Virus record (IMG/VR): IMGVR_UViG_3300037714_000168 | Span: 1 to 40,448 of that record | DNA: 40,448 nt | Source: a virus | Lineage: Duplodnaviria; Caudoviricetes | Strand: one strand, 5' to 3' | Shown here: positions 32,864 to 40,448 of the stretch, in pieces | Layout of the letters: every line of letters begins with the position of its first letter | How positions within the stretch are numbered: position 1 is the first letter of the stretch | The notes under the pieces: generated by a model | Database searches by the model: none | What the model was told of the DNA's origin: nothing | Seen by the model: the letters and a program-made list of their open reading frames with translations, nothing else | Made by a program: the position numbers and the translations under genes

Positions 32864-33739
32864 ATGCTGCCTGATGAAGATGACGACGTGACCACGCCTG
32901 ATACCGAAGCCGAACCGGAAGGCGAGGAGCAGGAAGTCACGGAAGCCGAACCCGAAGAGGGCGACGGCGAAGAGGGTGAGGAAGAGGAAGCCGAGCCCGA
33001 GGAGCTGGACGAAATCGAGCATGAGGGGAAGAAGCATGCCATCCCCAAGGCGCTCAAGCCGCTCTTCATGATGCAGTCGGACTACACGAAGAAGACCCAG
33101 GAGGTCGCCGACACGCGCCGGGAACTTGAGGCACGCCAGACGGCGTTCCAAGAGCATACCAAGGCGCAAGAGGCATTTATCGGGGACTTCGCGAAGATCG
33201 AGGCGCTCAACGGGCGCATCGCGGAATTCGAGAAGGTCGACTGGCAGACTTTGAGCCAACAGGATGCGCCGCGCGCGCAAGCACTGTGGTTCGAATTCAG
33301 CCGGTTGAAAGACCAGCGTGTGGCGTTGTCCGGTGGACTGCGCCAGAAGATCGACGAGCGCTCTCAGGCACAGCGTCGTGACCACGACAAACGTGTCGAG
33401 GAAAGCCAAGCCGTTCTAAGGAAGGAAATCCCCAACTTCGGCCCCGAGCTGGTGAGCAAGCTCAGGGACTTCGGCATGACGCAAGCCGGCCTCACTCAGA
33501 AGGAGGTCGACGCCGTGATCGATCCGCGTCACGTCAAGCTCCTGTACCTCGCCCATATCGGCCATGAGTTGGCAGAAAAGCAGCGTAAGGCGATGACCAA
33601 GCCCAAACCCACGGAAGCAAAGCCCGTGCCGACCGTCCAAGCCAAAGGGAAGACGGATTCTCGGCTCCGGGACGATCTTTCGATTGAGGAATGGACGAAG
33701 CGTCGTGATGCGCAGGAGCGGGCCGCGCGAGCCCGCTAA
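32864..33739 (+). CDS. Scaffolding protein
   Basis: Acidic N-terminus, MMQSDYTKKTQE, coiled coil, C-terminal LS.EEW..RR; between portal and coat. Confidence 0.88.
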   Translation: MLPDEDDDVTTPDTEAEPEGEEQEVTEAEPEEGDGEEGEEEEAEPEELDEIEHEGKKHAIPKALKPLFMMQSDYTKKTQEVADTRRELEARQTAFQEHTKAQEAFIGDFAKIEALNGRIAEFEKVDWQTLSQQDAPRAQALWFEFSRLKDQRVALSGGLRQKIDERSQAQRRDHDKRVEESQAVLRKEIPNFGPELVSKLRDFGMTQAGLTQKEVDAVIDPRHVKLLYLAHIGHELAEKQRKAMTKPKPTEAKPVPTVQAKGKTDSRLRDDLSIEEWTKRRDAQERAARAR

Positions 33740-33750
33740 ACTCCCCCGTA

Positions 33751-33770
33751 GCCCCGTCGTGAGACGCGGC
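33751..33770 (+). promoter_or_regulatory. GNRA-loop hairpin upstream of coat RBS
   Basis: GCC-C-CGTC-GTGA-GACG-C-GGC in scaffold-coat spacer. Confidence 0.4.
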
Positions 33771-33795
33771 ATGCCCTTAGAAGGATCTTTTCCTC

Positions 33796-35022
33796 ATGTC
33801 CAACACGATTCTGACTCCCACTGCGGTAACGCGCGAAGCGCTCCGCATCCTCCACCAGAAGCTCAACTTCATCGGCACGATCAACCGGCAGTATGACGAC
33901 TCTTTCGCCAAGTCCGGCGCGAAGATCGGCGACAGCCTGAAGATTCGTCTGCCGAACCAGTACACGGTCCGCACCGGCCGTACCATCGACGTGCAGGACA
34001 CTGTCGAGTCGAGCGTAACGCTCCAGGTCGCCACCCAGAAGGGTGTCGACATCGCGTTTACCTCGGCCGACATGACCCTGTCGTTGCAGGACTTCTCGGA
34101 TCGCATCCTGAAGCCGGCAATGTCGGTCCTGGCGGCGAACATTGAGAGCGATGCCATGTCCATGTACAAGGACGTGTACAACGAGGTGTCGGATTTGGGT
34201 GCCGACGCGACTGTCAACTTCGTGCTTCAGGTGGGCAAGAAGCTGACGGATGACTTGGCGCCGGTCAGTGACCGCACGCTGAACCTCAACACGACCGACA
34301 ACATGGACCTCGTTGACGCGCTGAAGGGCCTGTTCAACGACCCGGCCAAGCTCAGCAAGAACTTCCGTGAGGGCATGGTGGCTGCGAACTTCCTGGGCTT
34401 CCAGGACGTGATGCAGAACACCCTGTGGCCGATCCACACCACCGGCACTGACGACGGTACCGGCGATTACCTCACCGATACCGCTGCTGGTGAGGCCGAT
34501 GGTTCGGCGGGCTTGCTGAACGTCGATACTGGCGCCGGCTCGTGGAACAAGGGCGATATCTTCCACATCGCCGATTGCTTCCGCGTGCATCCGGAAACCA
34601 AGGTCTCGACCGGGCAGCTTCAGCGGTTTGTCGTGACCGCCACATCCACCCCCGGAGCCGGCGGCGGTAGCCTCGCCATCAGCCCGAACATCGTGACCTC
34701 GGGTGCCAAGCAGAACGTCACCGGCTTTGCCAACGACAAGGCCCTTCACAAGAACGAGTCGGACACGACCACTGATGTTGGCAACGCGGCCGATTACAAC
34801 ATCAGCATGGGCTATCACAAGGACGCCTTCGCGTTCGCGACGGCCGATCTGATCATGCCCAAGGGTGTGGACTTCGCCTCTCGTCAGGTCATGGACGGCA
34901 TTTCGATGCGCATCATCCGCGACTACGACATCAACAACGACAACCTGCCGTGCCGTATCGACGTGCTGTACGGCTACAAGACGACCCGGCCCGAGCTGGC
35001 CTGCCGTCTCGGCCTGAACTGA
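33796..35022 (+). CDS. Major capsid protein (P22 gp5 family)
   Basis: ILTP..VTREAL.IL...L.F...INRQYDDSF...GAKIG..L.IRLP...RIDVLYG...RPE.ACR. Confidence 0.95.
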   Translation: MSNTILTPTAVTREALRILHQKLNFIGTINRQYDDSFAKSGAKIGDSLKIRLPNQYTVRTGRTIDVQDTVESSVTLQVATQKGVDIAFTSADMTLSLQDFSDRILKPAMSVLAANIESDAMSMYKDVYNEVSDLGADATVNFVLQVGKKLTDDLAPVSDRTLNLNTTDNMDLVDALKGLFNDPAKLSKNFREGMVAANFLGFQDVMQNTLWPIHTTGTDDGTGDYLTDTAAGEADGSAGLLNVDTGAGSWNKGDIFHIADCFRVHPETKVSTGQLQRFVVTATSTPGAGGGSLAISPNIVTSGAKQNVTGFANDKALHKNESDTTTDVGNAADYNISMGYHKDAFAFATADLIMPKGVDFASRQVMDGISMRIIRDYDINNDNLPCRIDVLYGYKTTRPELACRLGLN

Positions 35023-35034
35023 GGAGATTGAAAC

Positions 35035-35250
35035 ATGGCAATTCACCACCTCTCGAACGGCAACCCCGACGGCACTCTCCTCGGGCAGTCGTCTAGCGAC
35101 CTGATCGGCTTCTATGGGCTCACCACGCCCATTGCCCGGCCGACTATCACGGCGGTCACTACCGCCACCGCGACTACGGCGCTCAATGAAACCCGTATTC
35201 TCCGGCTCTATGCGGCGCTGGAGAATCTCGGCCTGATCGTGACTGCGTAA
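35035..35250 (+). CDS. Small capsid-associated protein
   Basis: GAGGAG RBS; G..LGQS.SD.IGFYG.TP..RP...L..LGLI. Confidence 0.7.
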   Translation: MAIHHLSNGNPDGTLLGQSSSDLIGFYGLTTPIARPTITAVTTATATTALNETRILRLYAALENLGLIVTA

Positions 35251-35256
35251 ACCCAT

Positions 35257-35289
35257 GGGGCCGGTGCAGCAGCCGGCCCCGCTTTCTTT
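35257..35289 (+). terminator. Intrinsic terminator after capsid genes
   Basis: GGGGCCGG...CCGGCCCC followed by GCTTTCTTT. Confidence 0.65.
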
Positions 35290-35302
35290 CGAGGGATGAC
35301 AG

Positions 35303-35548
35303 ATGATTGTCGATTTCTCCGTCGTCGCTACCGACGCTATCGCCGTCACGCCGAATGACACGACGGTTCTTGCTCCGACGCTGGGGCTGTGGATCGGCGG
35401 CGCCGGCTCGGGAAACCTCACGGTCGTGACCGCACAGGGCCGCACCGTGGCATTCGCTGGGATTGCGGCGGGAACATTCATCCCGATTGAGGTAACGGAA
35501 GTGAGCGACACAGGAACGGACGTAACGTCGATTGTTGCGTTCTACTGA
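35303..35548 (+). CDS. Head spike base protein (RcGTA Rcc01079-like)
   Basis: A.AVTPND......GLWIGGAG..L.V....G.TV.F....AG..IPI.V..V..TGT..T.IVA. Confidence 0.75.
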   Translation: MIVDFSVVATDAIAVTPNDTTVLAPTLGLWIGGAGSGNLTVVTAQGRTVAFAGIAAGTFIPIEVTEVSDTGTDVTSIVAFY

Positions 35549-36819
35549 TGAGCAATCTGTTCTTCGATGCCGGCCCTTCTGCGTCCGGGCAGAAGGTCAT
35601 GCTTGCCACGACCTCTTACGACAACCCGGACTCCAGCTATGTCTTCTCAATCGCCAGCAGCCGGGAGGCCCTGCACAAGGCGGGCGTCCCCACGGCCTAT
35701 CTATTGTTGCAGGGCAATTGCCACGTCGATGATGCCCGCAACACGGTTGTCCGCGACTTCCTGGTTTCCGACTGCACTGATCTAGTGTTCCTAGACGCTG
35801 ACGTGTCCTGGGAACCGGAAAGCCTAGTTGCGCTATGCAAGTTTGACTGCGATCTGGTCGGCGGCGTCTATCCATACCGCCGGGACCGACACGGCAAACA
35901 GAGCATGCCTGTCCGCAATCTCAGGGGCGTCTATGTCCCTGACGAGAGCGGACTGCTTGAGGTTGAGGGCCTGCCTACAGGCTTCATGCGAATTAGGCGT
36001 CACGTCCTGGAAAGGATGGCGGCTGAATCGCCGTCCTTCCGTAAGGATGCCAGCGGCCCGGTCCCGCTGCTCTTCGAGCGCGACATTTGGAACGGCGAGC
36101 GCAGGGGCGGGGATATTCATTTCTGCATGAAGTGGCGGGCGATGGGCGGAAAGCTCTACGCCGCCGCCGAGATGCGGCTGGGCCACTGTGGGGAGCAGAT
36201 CGTCAGGGATAGCTTGGCGGCAAATCTGAGGCGCCAGGCGGGCCTCACGCTGGGCCACGTCGCGGAGATCATCCGGGACGGGAAAGAGACTGCTGAGACC
36301 TACGCAGAGGCCCGAGAGGCTATGGATAACCCATGGGGCGCGCAGACGGACGTGCTGTTCCTGGCCGTGGGGCTCGCCAGAAAGGCGCGCGGGCCGATCA
36401 TTGAGGCCGGCAGCGGTCTGACGACAATCCTTATGGCGGCGGCGAATCCAGACCAAACTGTCTGGTGCCTGGAGCATCATCCGGTGTACGCGCTGAAACT
36501 GGAGCACATGGCGTATCAGGCGGGGGTGAAGAACATCGCGCTCGTCACCTGTCCGATCAAAGACGGCTGGTATGACGTTGCAGCAGATCTGCCTCACATG
36601 CCGAAGCGGTTTGCGGTCGGGCTTATCGACGGCCCACCGCGTCTGTTGGGCGACCGCATGAAGTTCTTCGACGTGTTCGGTGATTGCTGCGAGGCATTCC
36701 TTGCCGACGATGCCGACGACGCGGGCTATGCGGCCACGCTCACGACATGGGCTGACAACAACGGCCGGGCGCTCAAGATTTATGACCGGGCTGCGGTGAT
36801 CCTGAAGAGGGCAGCATGA
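35548..36819 (+). CDS. GT-A glycosyltransferase fused to class I SAM methyltransferase
   Basis: N-half ARN.....FL...CTDLVFLDAD (DxD)...GGVYP...PTGFM.I.R...GGD..FC; C-half IIEAGSGLTT...LEH...IDGPP. Confidence 0.85.
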   Translation: MSNLFFDAGPSASGQKVMLATTSYDNPDSSYVFSIASSREALHKAGVPTAYLLLQGNCHVDDARNTVVRDFLVSDCTDLVFLDADVSWEPESLVALCKFDCDLVGGVYPYRRDRHGKQSMPVRNLRGVYVPDESGLLEVEGLPTGFMRIRRHVLERMAAESPSFRKDASGPVPLLFERDIWNGERRGGDIHFCMKWRAMGGKLYAAAEMRLGHCGEQIVRDSLAANLRRQAGLTLGHVAEIIRDGKETAETYAEAREAMDNPWGAQTDVLFLAVGLARKARGPIIEAGSGLTTILMAAANPDQTVWCLEHHPVYALKLEHMAYQAGVKNIALVTCPIKDGWYDVAADLPHMPKRFAVGLIDGPPRLLGDRMKFFDVFGDCCEAFLADDADDAGYAATLTTWADNNGRALKIYDRAAVILKRAA

Positions 36820-37454
36820 CCACGTTCGCGAACGTCAAGGCCAACATCGCCGACGATCTCAACCGCTCGGACCTGACGACGCAGATAAACCGGTACGTTC
36901 TCCGGGCGATCACGCACTACGCCAAGATGGATTTCTGGTTCAACGAGGCGCAGGCCACGGCTGCCACCGTTGCCGCTCAGGAATTCTACGCCCTGCCCAC
37001 CGATTTCCAGGCGCCCAAGCGCATGCAGCTAGCCGATAGTTCGACCAAGGAGTGGCTGGTTCGGAGGGCCAATCAATGGATGGACGCGAATTTCGAGACG
37101 GACGATACGGGACGGCCGACCTGGTGGTCTGTCCTGGCGAGCCAGTTTCGCCTGCGGGATATCCCGGATGCTGTCTACACGATGACCCTGACCTATCGGA
37201 AGGAATTGACGGCCCTCTCCGCCGATGGGGATACGAATGCCTGGACGGAAGATGCGGAGATGCTGATCCATCACAGGTCCGCTGCCCTGGTTGCGGCTTT
37301 TGTGATGCGTGACGAGCCGCGGGCCAATCTGCACCGCATGGCCGAGACGGACGAACTGCGGCAACTGCGGCAGCAGAACACGGCCATCCTGTCGGCCGGC
37401 ACGCTGGCGACGGAGATCGGTGTCTCGCGGCCGTTCAATATCAATTACGGGTGA
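36816..37454 (+). CDS. Head-to-tail adaptor (P22 gp4/T7 gp11-like)
   Basis: IADDLNRSDLT.QI......AI...YALPTDF...G.P..W...PDAVY...Y......L..D.DTNAW. Confidence 0.8.
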   Translation: MTTFANVKANIADDLNRSDLTTQINRYVLRAITHYAKMDFWFNEAQATAATVAAQEFYALPTDFQAPKRMQLADSSTKEWLVRRANQWMDANFETDDTGRPTWWSVLASQFRLRDIPDAVYTMTLTYRKELTALSADGDTNAWTEDAEMLIHHRSAALVAAFVMRDEPRANLHRMAETDELRQLRQQNTAILSAGTLATEIGVSRPFNINYG

Positions 37455-37680
37455 GCGCGTCACCTTCAGGCGTGCGCTGGTACATGCGAATCCCGCCTCG
37501 CGACCACTTGGTGCGCCGAGCATAGCCCATGCGGGCCAGCCTGCGGCAGACCTTGCGCAGCCTGCCCGTCACCACCCGGTGCCCCGTCGTGCCGGCGTCA
37601 GGAAGCGACCGCAGGACGGTCATCTCCTCCTCGGAGAGGCCGCCGGCCAGGAACCGGAACATGGGGGCAAACCACGGCAT
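37441..37680 (-). CDS. Small winged-helix-like protein, antisense moron
   Basis: LS.EE..VL..L...V.RRL...GYA.....Y..T.EG pattern; upstream TTGCTA-17-TACGGT-7-ATG. Confidence 0.5.
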   Translation of the reverse strand: MPWFAPMFRFLAGGLSEEEMTVLRSLPDAGTTGHRVVTGRLRKVCRRLARMGYARRTKWSRGGIRMYQRTPEGDALTRN

Positions 37681-37759
37681 ACCGGCAACCGTAGCGTGTT
37701 CGCGGGCCGGTAGCAAATCTCACATCAATGCTTCTCGGGATCAGCGAGGGCGGGGAAGA

Positions 37760-38161
37760 GTGGCAAGAGCAGTGTCAAAGTCCTACTACATCGCACCGCT
37801 GATCGGCATCGGTTCATTCGCGGACCCGTATCGTGCTGATACGCCGTCAGAGGGGCTTGACGGTTGGCACGTAATCATCCCCACCGATGAAGACCCGGAG
37901 AGCCCAACCTACGGCCAGCCCGTCTACGACTGGTGCCTGATCGAGGTCGACGCCGTAGATCATGCCGGTGTGACCGCGCGTGAGGGCTGGATTGCCCTGC
38001 CGAACAGCGAGACCCGCACTCTGGTGCCGGGCGACACTGGCGCGATCAATCAGGTTGCCGCACGCTGCGATACCGACCTGTCGGCCGCGACCACGACGGA
38101 TGAGCTGATCGAGATGGTCGGCAAGGGGCTGGCGCCAACGTTCCCTGGTCGGCAGCCCTGA
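37760..38161 (+). CDS. Hypothetical virion protein
   Basis: GTG start inferred; YYIAP.IG.GS..DPYR pattern; TGATG coupling. Confidence 0.6.
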   Translation: MARAVSKSYYIAPLIGIGSFADPYRADTPSEGLDGWHVIIPTDEDPESPTYGQPVYDWCLIEVDAVDHAGVTAREGWIALPNSETRTLVPGDTGAINQVAARCDTDLSAATTTDELIEMVGKGLAPTFPGRQP

Positions 38162-38829
38162 TGGCGACGTTCGTCTCGGATACCTTCACCGATACCAGCG
38201 CGACGGCTCTTGAGAGCCATACCGGCGAGACGGGCGCAACGTGGGTAAAGAACAGCACCTATGCCGGCGGGCTGGTCATCTCGGATGCCAACCGTTGCCG
38301 GCATGTCGACGACACCAGTAACGCCGGGTACTACGCATCGGGCACGCCGGCCGCTGCTGATTATGAAGTTCAAGGGACCGTCCGGTTCCTCTCCGATTTG
38401 AATGGCGGCATTGGCATCGGCGGGCGCATGAGTACATCGGCCGATACGATGTACTTTGCGCACTATAACAACAACGCCGCCAATGAGGCCTTCGACCTAT
38501 ATAAAATTGTCGCGGGCTCCTACACCCAACTGGGCAGCAGCTACAGCGATCCTCTAGGCGCCGGTGACGAGCGCGTGATGCGCTTGCGCATGGAGGGGGA
38601 CCAGATTTCCCTCTATGTCGACGATGTTCTCCGCATCGGCCCGATCACGGATACTGCCCTCACTGTTGCAGGCCGAGCCGGCATCCGGGCGTTCCTGAAT
38701 GCGACAGATGCCGGCGGCATCCACATCGACACGTTCTCCGCGACGGACATCGAGGCCCCCGGTGGCGCTGTCATCGGCGCCGGCCTCACCACCGGCTTGA
38801 AACTTGAACGTATGAGGCTGGTCGCATGA
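38161..38829 (+). CDS. Concanavalin/lectin-like beta-sandwich virion protein
   Basis: F.SDTFT...T.L..H...Y........L......G..I..YVD.V......D.....G.AG. Confidence 0.6.
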   Translation: MATFVSDTFTDTSATALESHTGETGATWVKNSTYAGGLVISDANRCRHVDDTSNAGYYASGTPAAADYEVQGTVRFLSDLNGGIGIGGRMSTSADTMYFAHYNNNAANEAFDLYKIVAGSYTQLGSSYSDPLGAGDERVMRLRMEGDQISLYVDDVLRIGPITDTALTVAGRAGIRAFLNATDAGGIHIDTFSATDIEAPGGAVIGAGLTTGLKLERMRLVA

Positions 38830-39986
38830 GTGGCAAGCTCCTCGATACCTATCCGGCCGGTTCGACGATCTACGTGCTGTTCGACAGCTTCGGCAGCGAC
38901 GGGCAGAGCATCACGCTCACGGGTCTTCTCGCGAGCGACGTGGAAATCTACAAGAACGGCTCGGTAACGCAGCGCGCCTCTGATGCTGGGTACGCGCTCC
39001 TCGATACGGACGGCATCGATTTCGACGGCGTGACCGGCATCCACGGCATTTCCATCGACCTCAGCGACGACACGGACGCCGGTTTCTACGCGGTCGGCTC
39101 GCAGTACACCGTCGTCATCTCGGCCGTCACCATCGATACCCAGACGGTGAGTTTCATCCTGGGCAGCTTCCGCATCATGGCGGCCGAGGGTGTGGCGGGC
39201 GCTTCAAGCGTCAATGCCACCCACCTTGGCGGCACGGCGCAGACCGGCAACGACGTGGGCGCCGACGTTAACGCCATCCTGGTCGACACTGCCGAGATCG
39301 GTGCGGCCGGTGCTGGTTTGACGGCGCTGGCAACGCAGGCCAGCGTGGACACTATCGACAGCAACGTTGACGCCATTCTGGTCGACACGGGCACGACTCT
39401 CGATACCAAGATCAACACTATTGACGGCATCGTTGATGACATCCTGGTAGATACCGCCGTCATCGGGGCTGCGGGGGCGGGCCTCACCGCCTTGGCGACA
39501 CAGGCGAGTGTCGACACCATCGACGGCATTGTTGATGCGATCCTGGTCGATACAGCGGTGATCGGCGCGGCCGGAGCGGGGCTCACCGCACTCGCCACGC
39601 AGGCCAGCGTCGATACGATTGATGCAAATGTCGATGCAATTCTCGTCGATACCGGCACCACGCTGGACGGCAAGATTGACACTATCGATACAAACGTCGA
39701 CAGCATCCTGGCGGACACCGGGACTGACGGTGTTGTCGTCGCTGCTGCATCGAAGACCGGCTATGCGCTGTCGGCAACTGGCTCCGCTGCACTCACCGAA
39801 GGCTATGCCGCAGACGGTGCGACCGCGACCCTGCCGCAGCTCCTCTACATGATCTGGGCCATGCTGGCGGAAAAGGAAGTCGCGTCGACCACGCTTACGG
39901 CCAATAAGCTGGACGGCACGACGGCGGCCATGACGTTCACGCTCGACGACGCGACCACGCCCACCACGATCACGCGGGCGACCTGA
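38826..39986 (+). CDS. Fibre-like virion protein with tandem repeats
   Basis: Repeats ILVDTA(E/V)IGAAGAGLTALATQASVDTID x3 and ILVDTGTTLD.KI.TID x2. Confidence 0.7.
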   Translation: MSGKLLDTYPAGSTIYVLFDSFGSDGQSITLTGLLASDVEIYKNGSVTQRASDAGYALLDTDGIDFDGVTGIHGISIDLSDDTDAGFYAVGSQYTVVISAVTIDTQTVSFILGSFRIMAAEGVAGASSVNATHLGGTAQTGNDVGADVNAILVDTAEIGAAGAGLTALATQASVDTIDSNVDAILVDTGTTLDTKINTIDGIVDDILVDTAVIGAAGAGLTALATQASVDTIDGIVDAILVDTAVIGAAGAGLTALATQASVDTIDANVDAILVDTGTTLDGKIDTIDTNVDSILADTGTDGVVVAAASKTGYALSATGSAALTEGYAADGATATLPQLLYMIWAMLAEKEVASTTLTANKLDGTTAAMTFTLDDATTPTTITRAT

Positions 39987-40180
39987 TGGCCGGCGATCTC
40001 ATCACCTTCGGTGTAGGGCCGCAGGGCAGCATCACGCGCCTGCTGACGTTCGGCTTGGAGATTGGCGAGGAGGGCTCAATCTGGGCGCCGGTCTCCGGTG
40101 CGTCCGCTTCATGGGCTGTCGTGTCCGGCGCTGGCGGCACATGGACGCCGGTTGCTCCTGCTGAAGCGGAGTGGTCATGA
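39986..40180 (+). CDS. Small virion protein with Trp repeats
   Basis: TGATG and ATGA coupling; W..V.....W spacing. Confidence 0.6.
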   Translation: MAGDLITFGVGPQGSITRLLTFGLEIGEEGSIWAPVSGASASWAVVSGAGGTWTPVAPAEAEWS

Positions 40181-40448
40181 TTCCCCTCGGTGAGTACCGG
40201 CCAGACCTTCCCGACTTCCAAAACCCCGGCGCGACGGAGGCCCTGAACGCCTTCCCGGACTTCACGAGCTATCGCCGCATTCCAGGCCAGAACGCGCTTG
40301 ACAACGCAACCGGTGCCCCGGCCGCGGCGGTCATCGGGGCCTTCTACAGCGAGCAGCAGCCGGCAAGCCTGGAGGCAGCGGGCACTCAATGGATGTATGC
40401 GGGGACGGTGGCGAAGCTCTACCGCTACGCGGCGGCTATCGCTCCGGC
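40177..40448 (+). CDS. 5' part of tail hub gene, continues at position 128 after the overlap
   Basis: GGAG RBS, ATG 40177, open frame through the end and in frame with 72..923. Confidence 0.75.
   Translation, partial: MIPLGEYRPDLPDFQNPGATEALNAFPDFTSYRRIPGQNALDNATGAPAAAVIGAFYSEQQPASLEAAGTQWMYAGTVAKLYRYAAAIAP
40322..40448 (+). repeat. Terminal direct repeat copy 2
   Basis: Identical to 1-127. Confidence 0.95.

Larger units (their letters stand above)
1..40448. mobile_element. Complete circular genome of a temperate-type P22-like (podovirus morphology) bacteriophage, probably alphaproteobacterial host
   Basis: Terminal 127-nt exact overlap; full set of packaging, head, short-tail, ejection, cI/cro and replication genes; no tape measure, tail tube or sheath genes; no host housekeeping genes. 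Confidence 0.93.

Noticed and set aside
33736-35511. 591-aa minus-strand ORF, and similar long shadow ORFs such as 6626-7891, 13413-14666 and 2447-3505
   Set aside because: Antisense shadows of well-supported genes in GC-rich DNA, with no motifs
29176-35548. Gene transfer agent
   Set aside because: GTA-like terminase C-terminus and spike base are present, but the element has its own replication, immunity and P22-type head genes and is circular
39260-39720. CRISPR array or DGR template/variable repeats
   Set aside because: Repeats are in-frame protein repeats with synonymous differences; no unique spacers, cas genes or reverse transcriptase
40322-40448. 127-bp terminal repeat as a biological terminal repeat or att core
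   Set aside because: 127 is a common assembler k-mer length and the repeat lies mid-gene; best explained as circular assembly overlap
1-40448. Alternative genetic code or stop-codon readthrough
   Set aside because: Core genes are full length in the standard code and all three stop codons are used; the hub split involves a frame change with its own RBS

Overview
The window is an apparently complete, circularly closed genome (40,321 bp unique; bases 1-127 are repeated exactly at 40322-40448) of a GC-rich, P22-like short-tailed dsDNA phage. The host is probably an alphaproteobacterium (inference from the RcGTA-type head-spike base, the NusG-paralogue late regulator and a TTATGGAA XerD-type arm). 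The layout is lambdoid. A rightward late operon encodes TerS, TerL, portal, scaffold, P22 gp5-type coat, spike base, a glycosyltransferase-methyltransferase fusion, adaptor, tail hub, fibre, ejection proteins and holin-like genes. A leftward early operon holds about 35 small genes. Between the arms is a cI/cro switch with five AAG-N5-CTT operators, followed by a rightward replication/NusG operon. The main observation: the phage has an intact lysogeny switch but no recognisable integrase or plasmid partition genes. Where attP/int would normally lie there are two inverted, complementary dif-like (XerC/XerD) sites (13116-13143 and 13317-13344) next to an orphan gene. This suggests a tailed phage that integrates or resolves using the host XerCD recombinases. 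Other notable items are a tRNA-shaped non-coding RNA with non-canonical loops, a mini-protein copying the coat N-terminal arm, recurrent direct repeats at the boundaries of small genes, a tail-hub gene split in two, several antisense morons and no recognisable endolysin. All product calls come from motif recognition by eye; no database search was run.
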